This document shows positions 27,201 through 41,553 of a stretch of 64,000 nt of DNA, in pieces (within the stretch, counting starts at the first letter, position 1; each line of letters starts with the position of its first letter). Source of the stretch: the human T2T-CHM13v2.0 reference genome, Homo sapiens; the NCBI RefSeq assembly GCF_009914755.1, contig NC_060946.1; one strand, written 5' to 3'. The notes beneath the pieces are model-generated. The model made no database searches. It was not told the origin of the DNA and was given only the letters and a program-made list of their open reading frames with translations. Position numbers and translations under genes: made by a program.

Positions 27201-30200
27201 GAATGGAATGGAATGGAATGGAATGGAATGGAATGGAATGGAATGGAATGTAACAGCATGGAATGGAATGGAATGGAGTGGAATCAACCCGAGTGGAATG
27301 GAGTGGAATGGACTGTAATGATCTGGAATGGAATGGAATGGAATGGAGTGGAATAAACACAAGTAGAATGGAATGGAATGGAATGGACTGGAATCAACCA
27401 GAGTGCAATGGAATGGAATAGAACGGAATGGAATGGAATGGAATGAAAAAAACACGAGTGGAATGGAATGGAATGGAATGGAATTCAATGGAATGGAATG
27501 GACAGGAATGGAATGGAATGGAAAGGAATGGAGTGGAATGGACAAGAATGGAATGGAATGGAATGAAATCAACCCGATAGGAATGGAATGGAATGCAATG
27601 GAATGGAATGGAATCAACTGGAAAGGAATGAAATGGAACGGAATGGAATAGAATGGAATGGATTGGAATGGAATGGAATGGATTCAACCCGAGTGGAATA
27701 GAATGGAATCGAATGGAATAAACACGAGTGGAATGGAATGGAATGGAATGGAATGGAATGGAATGGAATGGAATGGAATCAACTCGAGTGGAATGAAATG
27801 TAATGTAATGGAATGGAATGGAATTGAATGGAATAAACACGAGTGGAATGGAATGGAATGGAATGGAATGGAATGGAATGGAATAGAATGGAGTCAATTC
27901 AAGTGCAATGGAATGGTATAAAATGGAATCGAATGGAATGGAATCAACCAGAGTAGAATGGAATGGAAAGTTATAGAATGGAATGGAATGGAATGGAATG
28001 GAACGGAATGGAATGGAATGGAATGGAATGTAACGGCATGGAATGGAATGGAATGGAATGGAATGGAATGGAATGGAATGGAATGGCATGCAATGGAATG
28101 GAATGGAGTGGAATAAACACGAGTGGAATGGAATGGAATGGAATGGACTGGAATGGAAAGGAATGGAAGAGAATGGAATGGAATCAACACGAGTGGAAAG
28201 GAATGGAATGGAAAGGAATGGAATGGAATGGAAAGGAATGTAATGCAATGGAATGCAGTGTTATGGAATGGAATCAACCCGAGTGGAATGGAATGGAATG
28301 GAATGGAATGGAGTGGAATGGAATGGAATGGAATGCAATGGAATGGACAGGAATGGAATGGAATGCAATGGAATGGAATGGAGTGGAATGGACTAGAATG
28401 GAATGGAATGGAATGAAATCAACCCTATTGGAATGGAATGGAATGCAATGGAATGGAATGGAATCAACTGGTAAGGAAACAAATGGAACTGAATGGAATA
28501 GAATGGAATGGATTGTAATGGAATGGAATGGAATCAAACCTAGTAGAATGGAATGGAAAGAATGGAATGAACAGGAATGGAATGGAATGGAATGGAATTT
28601 AATGGAATGGAATGGAATTTAATAGAATGGAATGGAATGGAATGGAATGGAATGGAATGGAATCAACCCGAGTGGAGTGGAATGGAATGGAATGGAAATG
28701 AATGGAATAGAATGGAATAGAATGGAACGGAAAGGAATGGAATGAACCCGAGTGGAATGGAATGGAATGGAATGGAATGGAAAGGCACGGAATGGAATGG
28801 AATGGAATGGAATGGAATGGAATGGAATGGAATCAACCCGAGTGGAATGGAATGGAATGGAATCAAACTGAGTGGAATGGAATGGAATGGAATGCAATGG
28901 AATGTAATGCAGTGGAAGGCATTAGAATCAACTGGAATGGAATGCAGTGGAATGGAATGGAATCAACGCCAGTGGAATGGAATGGAATGGAAGGGATAAT
29001 AATAAAATGGAATGGAATAAATCCGGCTGGAATGGAATGGAATGGAATGCAATGGAATGAAATGGAATCAACTCGAGTGGAATGAAATGTAACGTAATGT
29101 AATGGAATGGAATGGAATGGAATGGAATAGAATGGAATCAATTCGAGTGCAATATAATGGTATAGAATGGAATGGAATAGAATGGAATGGAATGGAATGG
29201 AATCAACCAGAGTGGAATGGAATGGAATGGAATGGAATGGAATGGAATGGAATGGAATGGAATGGACTGTAACGGCATGGAATGCAATGGAATGGAGTGG
29301 AATCAACCCGAGTGGAATGGAATGGAATGGACTGTAACGGTATGGAACGGAATGGAATGGAGTGGAATCAAACCGAGAGGAATGGAATGGAATGGAATGG
29401 AATGGAATGGAATAGAATGGAATCAATTCGAATGCAATGTAATGGTATAGAATGGAATGGAATGGAATGGAATCAACCAGAGTGGAATGGAATGGAATGG
29501 AATGGAATGGAATGGAATGGAATGGAATGGAATAGAATGTAATGGAATGGAATGGAATGGAACGGAATGGAATGGAATGGAATGGAATGGAATGGAATGG
29601 AATGGAATGGAATGGCATGGAATGGAATGGAATGGAGTGGAATCAACCCGAGTGGAATGGAGTGGAATGGACTGTAATGGCATGGAATGGAATGGAATGG
29701 AGTGGAATAAACACAAGTGGAATGGAATGGAATGGAATGGACTACAAACAACCAGAGTGCAATGGAATGGAATAGAATGGAATGGAATGGAATGGAATGA
29801 AATAAACACGAGTGGAATGGAATGGAATGGAATGGAAGAGAATGGAATGGAATCAACTCGAGTGGAAAGGAATGGAATGGAAAGGAATGGAATGGAATGG
29901 AAAGGAATGGAATGCAATGGAATGCAGTGTTATGGAATGGAATCAACCCGCGTGGAATGGAATGGAATGGAATGGAATGGAATGGAATGCAATGGAATGG
30001 ACAGGAGTGGAATGGAATGGAATTCAATGGAATGGAATGGACAGGAATGGAATGGAATGGAATGGAATGGAATGGAATGGAATGGAATGGAATGGAGTGG
30101 AATGGACTAGAATGGAATGGAATGGAATGAAATCAACCCGATTGGAATGGAATGGAATGCAATGGAATGGAATGGAATCAACTGGAAAGGAATCAAATGG

Positions 30201-30248
30201 AACGGAATGGAATGGAATGGAATGGAATCGAATGGAATGGAATGGAAT

Positions 30249-31428
30249 CAACCCTAGTGGAATGGAATGGAATGAAATCAAACTGAGTGGAATGGAAGGG
30301 AATGGAATGCAACGGAATGTAATGGAGTGGAAGGCATTTGAATCAACTGGAATGGAATGGAAAGGAATGGAATGGAATGGAATCAACCCCAGTGGAATGG
30401 AATGGAATGGAATGGATTATAATGGAATGGAATGGAATCAATGTGGGTGGAATGGAATGGAATGGAATGGACTGTAACGGCATGGAATGCAATGGAATGG
30501 AGTGGAATCAACCCGAGTGGAATGGAATGGAATGGACTGTAACGGCATGGAACGGAATGGAATGGAGTGGAATCAAACCGAGAGGAATGGAATGGAATGG
30601 AATGGAATGGAATGGAATGGAATAGAATGGAATCAATTCGAATGCAATGTAATGGTATAGAATGGAATGGAATGGAATGGAATCAACCAGAGTGGAATGG
30701 AATGGAATGGAATGGAATGGAATAGAATGTAATGGAATGGAACGGAATGGAACGGAATGGAATGGAATGGAATGGAATGGAATGGAATGGAATGGCATGG
30801 AATGGAATGGAATGGAGTGGAATCAACCCGAGTGGAATGGAGTGGAATGGACTGTAATGGCATGGAATGGAATGGAATGGAGTGGAATAAACACAAGTGG
30901 AATGGAATGGAATGGAATGGACTACAATCAACCAGAGTGCAATGGAATGGAATAGAATGGAATGGAATGGAATGGAATGAAATAAACACGAGTGGAATGG
31001 AATGGAATGGAATGGAAGAGAATGGAATGGAATCAACTCGAGTGGAAAGGAATGGAATGGAAAGGAATGGAATGGAATGGAAAGGAATGGAATGCAATGG
31101 AATGCAGTGTTATGGAATGGAATCAACCCGAGTGGAATGGAATGGAATGGAATGGAATGGAATGGAATGGAATGGAATGGAATGCAATGGAATGGACAGG
31201 AGTGGAATGGAATGGAATTCAATGGAATGGAATGGACAGGAATGGAATGGAATGGAATGGAATGGAATGGAATGGAGTGGAATGGACTAGAATGGAATGG
31301 AATGGAATGAAATCAACCCGATTGGAATGGAATGGAATGCAATGGAATGGAATGGAATCAACTGGAAAGGAATCAAATGGAACGGAATGGAATGGAATGG
31401 AATGGAATGGAATGGAATGGAATGGAAT
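30249..31428 (+). repeat. A unit (1180 bp)
   Basis: Contains CAATGTGGGT (~30439), CAAACCGAGAGG and ACTACAATCA (30921). Confidence 0.85.
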
Positions 31429-34400
31429 CAACCCTAGTGGAATGGAATGGAATGAAATCAAACTGAGTGGAATGGAAGGGAATGGAATGCAATGGAATGT
31501 AATGGAGTGGAAGGCATTTGAATCAACTGGAATGGAATGGAAAGGAACGGAATGGAATGGAATCAACCCCAGTGGAATGGAATGGAATGGAATGGATTAT
31601 AATGGAATGGAATGGAATCAATCTGGGTGGAATGGAATGGAATGGAATGGAATGGATTATAATGGAATGGAATGGAATCAATCCGGGTGGAGTGGAATTG
31701 AATGGAATGGAATGGAATGGAATGGAATGGAATGGATTGGAATTCAATGTAATGGAAACAACCCGAGTGGAATGTAATGGAATGGAAAGGCCTGGAATGT
31801 AATGGAATGGATTGGAATCAACCCGATTCCAATGCAAAGGAATGGAATGGAATGGAATGGAAGGGAATGGAATGGAATGGAAAGGAATGGAATGAACTGT
31901 AATGGAATGGAATGGAATGGAATTTAATGGAATGGAATGGAATCAACCCGAGTGGAGTGGAATGGAATGGAATGGAAATGAATGGAATAGAATGGAATGG
32001 AATGGAACGGAACGGAATGGAAAGAACCCGAGTGGAATGGATTGTAATGGAAATGAATGGAATAGAAGGGAATGGAATGGAATGGAACGGAATGGAACGA
32101 ACCCGAGTGGAATGGATTGGAATGGAATGGAATGGAAAGGAACGGAATGGAATGGATTGGAATGGAATCAACCCGAGTGGAATGGAATGGAATGGAATCA
32201 AACTGAGTGGAATGGAAGGGAATGGAATGCAATGGAATGTAATGGAGTGGAAGGCATTTGAATCAACTGGAATGGAATGGAATGGAATGGAATGGAATGG
32301 AATGGAATGGAATCAACCCCAGTGGAATGGATTGGATGGGAATGGATTATAATGGAATGGAATGGAATCAATCCGAGTGGAATGGAATGGAATGGAATGG
32401 ATTATACTTGAATGGAATGGAATCAATCCTTGTGGAATGGAGTGGAATGGAATGGAATAGAATGGAATGGAATTCAATGTAATGGAAACAAACCGAGTGG
32501 AATGTAATGGAATGGAAAGGACTGGAATCTAATGGAATGTATTGGAATCAACCTGATTCCAATGCAACGGAATGGAATGGAATGGAATGGAATGGAAGGG
32601 AATGGAATGGAATGGAAAAGAATGGAATAAACTGGAATTGAATGGAATGGAATGGAATTTAATGGAATGGAATGGAATGGAATGGAATCAACCCGAGTGG
32701 AGTGGAAAGGAATGCAATGGAAATGAATGGAATGGAATGGAATGGAATGGAATGGAATGGAATGGAATCAACCCGAGTGGAGTGGAATGGAATGCAATGG
32801 AAATGAATGGAATAGAATGGAATGGAATGCAACGGAACGGAATGGAATGAACCCGAGTGGAATGGAATGGAATAGAATGGAATGGAAAGGCACGAAATGG
32901 AATGGAATGGAATGGAATGGAATGGAATGGAATGGAATCAACCCGAGTGGAATGGAATGGAATGGAATCAAACTGAGTGGAATGGAATGGAATGGAATGG
33001 AATGGAATGGAATGGAATGGAGTGGAAGGCATTAGAATCACCTGGAATGGAATGGAATGGAATGGAATGGAATGGAATGGAATCAACCCGAGTGGAATGG
33101 AATGGAATGGAATCAAACTGAGTGGAAAGGAATAGAATGGAATGGAATGGAATGGAATGGAATGGAATGGAATGGAATGGAATCAACCACAGTGGAATGG
33201 AATGGAATGGAACAGATTATAATAGAATGGAATGGAATCAATCCGGGTGGAATGGAATGGAATGGAATGGAATGGAATGGAATCAAATCGAGTGGAATGA
33301 AATGTAACTTGATGGAATGGAATGGAATGGAATGGAATGGAATGGAATGGAATGGAATGGAATACAATGGAATCAATTCGAGTGCCATGTAATGGTATAG
33401 AATGGAATGGAATGGAATGGAATGAAATGGAATGGAATGGAATGGAATGGAATCATCCAGAGTGGAATGGAATGGAATGGAATGGAATGGAATGGAATAT
33501 TTTGGAATGGAATGGAATGAAATGGAATGGAATATATTGGAATGGAATGCAACGGAATCAACTGGAATGGAATGGAATGGAATGGAATGGATTATAATGG
33601 AATGGAATGGAATCAATCCGGGTGGAATGGAATGGAATGGAATGGAATGGAATTCAATGTAATGGAAACAAACCGAGAGGAATGTAATGGAATGGAAAGG
33701 ACTGGAATGTAATGGAATGGATTGGAATCAAACCGATTCCAATGCAACGGAATGGAATGGAATGGAATGGAAAGAAATCAACCCGAATGGAATGGATTGG
33801 AATAGAGTGGAATGGAATGGAATGGCATGGAATGCAATGAAATCAACTAGAATGGAATGGAATGGAATGGAATGAACAGGAATGGAATGGAATGGAATGG
33901 AATGGAATGGAATGGAATGGAGTGGAATGGAATGCAATGGAATGAAATCAACCCGATTGGAATGGAATGGAATGCAATGGAATGGAATGGAATCAACTGG
34001 AAAGGAATCAAATGGAACGGAATCGAATGGAATGGAATGGAATGGAATGGAATGGAATGGAATGGAACGGAACGGAATCAACCTCTGTGGAATGGAATGG
34101 AATGGAATGGATTATAATGGAATGGAATGGAATCAATCCGGGTGGAATGGAATGGAATGGAATGGAATGGAATGGAATGCAATGGAATGGACAGGAATGG
34201 AATGGAATGGAATTCAATGGAATGGAATGGACAGAAATGCAATGGAATGTAATGGAATGGAATGGAATGGAGTGGAATGGACTAGAATGGAATGGAATGG
34301 AATGAAATCAACCCGATTGGAATGGAATAGAATGCAATGGAATGGAATGCAATCAACTGGAAAGGAATCAAATGGAACGGAATGGAATAGAATGGAATGG

Positions 34401-35328
34401 ATTGGAATGGAAAGGAATGGATTCAACCCGAGTGGAATGGAATGGAATAGAACGCAATAATCACGAGTGGAATGGAATGGAATGGAATGGAATGGAATGG
34501 AATCAACTCGAGTGGAATGAAATGTAATGTAATGGAATGGAATGGAATTGAATGGAATAAACACGAGTGGAATGGAATGCAATGGAATGGAATGGAATAG
34601 AATGGAGTCAATTCAAGTGCAATGGAATGGTATACAATGGAATCGAATGGAATGGAATCAACCAGAGTGGAATGGAATGGAAAGGAATGGAATGGAATGG
34701 AACGGAACGGAATGGAATGGAATGGAATGGAATGGAATGGAATGGAACGGCATGGAATGGAATGGAATGGAATGGAATGGAATGGAATGGAATATAACGG
34801 CATGCAATGGAATGGAATGGAGTGGATTCAACCCGAGTGGAATGGAGTGGATTGAACTGTAACGGCATGGAATGGAATGGAATGGAGTGGAATAAACAAG
34901 AGTGGAATGGAATGGAATAGAATGGAATGGAATGGAATGGAGTGAAATAAACTCGAGTGGAATGGAATGGAATGGAATAGAATGGAATGGAATGGAAAGG
35001 AATGGAAGAGAATGGAATGGAATCAACTCGAGTGGAAAGGAATGGAATGGAAAGGAATGGAATGGAATGGAAAGGAATGGAATGCAATGGAATGCAGTGT
35101 TATGGAATGGAATCAACCCGAGTGGAATGGAATGGAATGGAATGGAATGGAATGGAATGGAATGGAATGGAATGGAGTGGAATGGACTAGAATGGAATGG
35201 AATGGAATGAAATCAACCCGATTGGAATGGAATGGAATGCAATGGAATGGAATGGAATCAACTGGAAAGGAATCAAATGGAACGGAATGGAATGGAATGG
35301 AATGGAATGGAATGGAATGGAATGGAAT
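31429..35328 (+). repeat. B unit copy 1 (3900 bp)
   Basis: B markers AGGCCT (31788), ATTATACTTG (32401), CAATCCTTGT, AACTTGATGG, CATCCAGAG, AATATTTTGG, CAACCTCTGT and AACGCAATAATCACG (34451). Confidence 0.88.
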
Positions 35329-37678
35329 CAACCCTAGTGGAATGGAATGCAATGAAATCAAACTGAGTGGAATGGAAGGGAATGGAATGCAACGGAATGT
35401 AATGGAGTGGAAGGCATTTGAATCAACTGGAATGGAATGGAAAGGAATGGAATGGAATGGAATCAACCCCAGTGGAATGGAATGGAATGGAATGGATTAT
35501 AATGGAAAGGAATGGAATCAATGTGGGTGGAATGGAATGGAATGGAATGGACTGTAACGGCATGGAATGCAATGGAATGGAGTGGAATCAACCCGAGTGG
35601 AATGGAATGGAATGGACTGTAACGGCATGGAACGGAATGGAATGGAGTGGAATCAAACCGAGAGGAATGGAATGGAATGGAATGGAATGGAATGGAATGG
35701 AATGGAATAGAATGGAATCAATTCGAATGCAATGTAATGGTATAGAATGGAATGGAATGGAATGGAATCAACCAGAGTGGAATGGAATGGAATGGAATGG
35801 AATGGAATAGAATGTAATGGAATGGAACGGAATGGAACGGAATGGAATGGAATGGAATGGAATGGAATGGAATGGCATGGAATGGAATGGAATGGAGTGG
35901 AATCAACCCGAGTGGAATGGAGTGGAATGGACTGTAATGGCATGGAATGGAATGGAATGGAGTGGAATAAACACAAGTGGAATGGAATGGAATGGAATGG
36001 ACTACAATCAACCAGAGTGCAATGGAATGGAATAGAATGGAATGGAATGGAATGGAATGAAATAAACACGAGTGGAATGGAATGGAATGGAATGGAAGAG
36101 AATGGAATGGAATCAACTCGAGTGGAAAGGAATGGAATGGAAAGGAATGGAATGGAATGGAAAGGAATGGAATGCAATGGAATGCAGTGTTATGGAATGG
36201 AATCAACCCGAGTGGAATGGAATGGAATGGAATGGAATGGAATGGAATGCAATGGAATGGACAGGAGTGGAATGGAATGGAATTCAATGGAATGGAATGG
36301 ACAGGAATGGAATGGAATGGAATGGAATGGAATGGAATGGAATGGAGTGGAATGGACTAGAATGGAATGGAATGGAATGAAATCAACCCGATTGGAATGG
36401 AATGGAATGCAATGGAATGGAATGGAATCAACTGGAAAGGAATCAAATGGAACGGAATGGAATGGAATGGAATGGAATGGAATGGAATGGAATGGAATGG
36501 AATCAACCCTAGTGGAATGGAATGGAATGAAATCAAACTGAGTGGAATGGAAGGGAATGGAATGCAATGGAATGTAATGGAGTGGAAGGCATTTGAATCA
36601 ACTGGAATGGAATGGAAAGGAATGGAATGGAATGGAATCAACCCCAGTGGAATGGAATGGAATGGAATGGATTATAATGGAATGGAATGGAATCAATGTG
36701 GGTGGAATGGAATGGAATGGAATGGACTGTAACGGCATGGAATGCAATGGAATGGAGTGGAATCAACCCGAGTGGAATGGAATGGAATGGACTGTAACGG
36801 CATGGAACGGAATGGAATGGAGTGGAATCAAACCGAGAGGAATGGAATGGAATGGAATGGAATGGAATGGAATGGAATGGAATGGAATCAATTCGAATGC
36901 AATGTAATGGTATAGAATGGAATGGAATGGAATGGAATCAACCAGAGTGGAATGGAATGGAATGGAATGGAATGGAATAGAATGTAATGGAATGGAACGG
37001 AATGGAACGGAATGGAATGGAATGGAATGGAATGGAATGGAATGGCATGGAATGGAATGGAATGGAGTGGAATCAACCCGAGTGGAATGGAGTGGAATGG
37101 ACTGTAATGGCATGGAATGGAATGGAATGGAGTGGAATAAACACAAGTGGAATGGAATGGAATGGAATGGACTACAATCAACCAGAGTGCAATGGAATGG
37201 AATAGAATGGAATGGAATGGAATGGAATGAAATAAACACGAGTGGAATGGAATGGAATGGAATGGAAGAGAATGGAATGGAATCAACTCGAGTGGAAAGG
37301 AATGGAATGGAAAGGAATGGAATGGAATGGAAAGGAATGGAATGCAATGGAATGCAGTGTTATGGAATGGAATCAACCCGAGTGGAATGGAATGGAATGG
37401 AATGGAATGGAATGGAATGGAATGGAATGGAATGCAATGGAATGGACAGGAGTGGAATGGAATGGAATTCAATGGAATGGAATGGACAGGAATGGAATGG
37501 AATGGAATGGAATGGAATGGAATGGAGTGGAATGGACTAGAATGGAATGGAATGGAATGAAATCAACCCGATTGGAATGGAATGGAATGCAATGGAATGG
37601 AATGGAATCAACTGGAAAGGAATCAAATGGAACGGAATGGAATGGAATGGAATGGAATGGAATGGAATGGAATGGAAT
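35329..37678 (+). repeat. Two tandem A units (1175 + 1175 bp)
   Basis: ACTACAATCA at 36001 and 37171; CAACCCTAGT at 35329 and 36504. Confidence 0.88.
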
Positions 37679-40600
37679 CAACCCTAGTGGAATGGAATGG
37701 AATGAAATCAAACTGAGTGGAATGGAAGGGAATGGAATGCAATGGAATGTAATGGAGTGGAAGGCATTTGAATCAACTGGAATGGAATGGAAAGGAACGG
37801 AATGGAATGGAATCAACCCCAGTGGAATGGAATGGAATGGAATGGATTATAATGGAATGGAATGGAATCAATCTGGGTGGAATGGAATGGAATGGAATGG
37901 AATGGAATGGATTATAATGGAATGGAATGGAATCAATCCGGGTGGAGTGGAATTGAATGGAATGGAATGGAATGGAATGGAATGGAATGGATTGGAATTC
38001 AATGTAATGGAAACAACCCGAGTGGAATGTAATGGAATGGAAAGGCCTGGAATGTAATGGAATGGATTGGAATCAACCCGATTCCAATGCAAAGGAATGG
38101 AATGGAATGGAATGGAAGGGAATGGAATGGAATGGAAAGGAATGGAATGAACTGTAATGGAATGGAATGGAATGGAATTTAATGGAATGGAATGGAATCA
38201 ACCCGAGTGGAGTGGAATGGAATGGAATGGAAATGAATGGAATAGAATGGAATGGAATGGAACGGAACGGAATGGAAAGAACCCGAGTGGAATGGATTGT
38301 AATGGAAATGAATGGAATAGAAGGGAATGGAATGGAATGGAACGGAATGGAACGAACCCGAGTGGAATGGATTGGAATGGAATGGAATGGAAAGGAACGG
38401 AATGGAATGGATTGGAATGGAATCAACCCGAGTGGAATGGAATGGAATGGAATCAAACTGAGTGGAATGGAAGGGAATGGAATGCAATGGAATGTAATGG
38501 AGTGGAAGGCATTTGAATCAACTGGAATGGAATGGAATGGAATGGAATGGAATGGAATGGAATGGAATGGAATGGAATCAACCCCAGTGGAATGGATTGG
38601 ATGGGAATGGATTATAATGGAATGGAATGGAATCAATCCGAGTGGAATGGAATGGAATGGAATGGATTATACTTGAATGGAATGGAATCAATCCTTGTGG
38701 AATGGAGTGGAATGGAATGGAATAGAATGGAATGGAATTCAATGTAATGGAAACAAACCGAGTGGAATGTAATGGAATGGAAAGGACTGGAATCTAATGG
38801 AATGTATTGGAATCAACCTGATTCCAATGCAACGGAATGGAATGGAATGGAAGGGAATGGAATGGAATGGAAAAGAATGGAATAAACTGGAATTGAATGG
38901 AATGGAATGGAATTTAATGGAATGGAATGGAATGGAATGGAATCAACCCGAGTGGAGTGGAAAGGAATGCAATGGAAATGAATGGAATGGAATGGAATGG
39001 AATGGAATGGAATGGAATGGAATGGAATCAACCCGAGTGGAGTGGAATGGAATGCAATGGAAATGAATGGAATAGAATGGAATGGAATGCAACGGAACGG
39101 AATGGAATGAACCCGAGTGGAATGGAATGGAATAGAATGGAATGGAAAGGCACGAAATGGAATGGAATGGAATGGAATGGAATGGAATGGAATGGAATGG
39201 AATGGAATCAACCCGAGTGGAATGGAATGGAATGGAATCAAACTGAGTGGAATGGAATGGAATGGAATGGAATGGAGTGGAAGGCATTAGAATCACCTGG
39301 AATGGAATGGAATGGAATGGAATGGAATGGAATCAACCCGAGTGGAATGGAATGGAATGGAATCAAACTGAGTGGAAAGGAATAGAATGGAATGGAATGG
39401 AATGGAATGGAATGGAATCAACCACAGTGGAATGGAATGGAATGGAACAGATTATAATAGAATGGAATGGAATCAATCCGGGTGGAATGGAATGGAATGG
39501 AATGGAATGGAATGGAATCAAATCGAGTGGAATGAAATGTAACTTGATGGAATGGAATGGAATGGAATGGAATGGAATGGAATGGAATGGAATGGAATAC
39601 AATGGAATCAATTCGAGTGCCATGTAATGGTATAGAATGGAATGGAATGGAATGGAATGAAATGGAATGGAATGGAATGGAATGGAATCATCCAGAGTGG
39701 AATGGAATGGAATGGAATGGAATATTTTGGAATGGAATGGAATGAAATGGAATGGAATATATTGGAATGGAATGCAACGGAATCAACTGGAATGGAATGG
39801 AATGGAATGGAATGGATTATAATGGAATGGAATGGAATCAATCCGGGTGGAATGGAATGGAATGGAATGGAATGGAATTCAATGTAATGGAAACAAACCG
39901 AGAGGAATGTAATGGAATGGAAAGGACTGGAATGTAATGGAATGGATTGGAATCAAACCGATTCCAATGCAACGGAATGGAATGGAATGGAATGGAAAGA
40001 AATCAACCCGAATGGAATGGATTGGAATAGAGTGGAATGGAATGGAATGGCATGGAATGCAATGAAATCAACTAGAATGGAATGGAATGAACAGGAATGG
40101 AATGGAATGGAATGGAATGGAATGGAGTGGAATGGAATGCAATGGAATGAAATCAACCCGATTGGAATGGAATGGAATGCAATGGAATGGAATGGAATCA
40201 ACTGGAAAGGAATCAAATGGAACGGAATCGAATGGAATGGAATGGAATGGAATGGAATGGAATGGAATGGAACGGAACGGAATCAACCTCTGTGGAATGG
40301 AATGGAATGGAATGGATTATAATGGAATGGAATGGAATCAATCCGGGTGGAATGGAATGGAATGGAATGGAATGGAATGGAATGCAATGGAATGGACAGG
40401 AATGGAATGGAATGGAATTCAATGGAATGGAATGGACAGGAATGCAATGGAATGTAATGGAATGGAATGGAATGGAGTGGAATGGACTAGAATGGAATGG
40501 AATGGAATGAAATCAACCCGATTGGAATGGAATAGAATGCAATGGAATGGAATGCAATCAACTGGAAAGGAATCAAATGGAACGGAATGGAATAGAATGG

Positions 40601-41553
40601 AATGGATTGGAATGGAAAGGAATGGATTCAACCCGAGTGGAATGGAATGGAATAGAACGCAATAATCACGAGTGGAATGGAATGGAATGGAATGGAATGG
40701 AATGGAATGGAATGGAATCAACTCGAGTGGAATGAAATGTAATGTAATGGAATGGAATGGAATTGAATGGAATAAACACGAGTGGAATGGAATGCAATGG
40801 AATGGAATGGAATAGAATGGAGTCAATTCAAGTGCAATGGAATGGTATACAATGGAATCGAATGGAATGGAATCAACCAGAGTGGAATGGAATGGAAAGG
40901 AATGGAATGGAATGGAACGGAACGGAATGGAATGGAATGGAATGGAATGGAATGGAATGGAACGGCATGGAATGGAATGGAATGGAATGGAATGGAATGG
41001 AATGGAATATAACGGCATGCAATGGAATGGAATGGAGTGGATTCAACCCGAGTGGAATGGAGTGGATTGAACTGTAACGGCATGGAATGGAATGGAATGG
41101 AGTGGAATAAACAAGAGTGGAATGGAATGGAATAGAATGGAATGGAATGGAATGGAGTGAAATAAACTCGAGTGGAATGGAATGGAATGGAATAGAATGG
41201 AATGGAATGGAAAGGAATGGAAGAGAATGGAATGGAATCAACTCGAGTGGAAAGGAATGGAATGGAAAGGAATGGAATGGAATGGAAAGGAATGGAATGC
41301 AATGGAATGCAGTGTTATGGAATGGAATCAACCCGAGTGGAATGGAATGGAATGGAATGGAATGGAATGGAATGGAATGGAATGGAATGGAATGGAGTGG
41401 AATGGACTAGAATGGAATGGAATGGAATGAAATCAACCCGATTGGAATGGAATGGAATGCAATGGAATGGAATGGAATCAACTGGAAAGGAATCAAATGG
41501 AACGGAATGGAATGGAATGGAATGGAATGGAATGGAATGGAATGGAATGGAAT
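37679..41553 (+). repeat. B unit copy 2 (3875 bp)
   Basis: AGGCCT at 38043, ATTATACTTG at 38666 and AACGCAATAATCACG at 40656. Confidence 0.88.
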
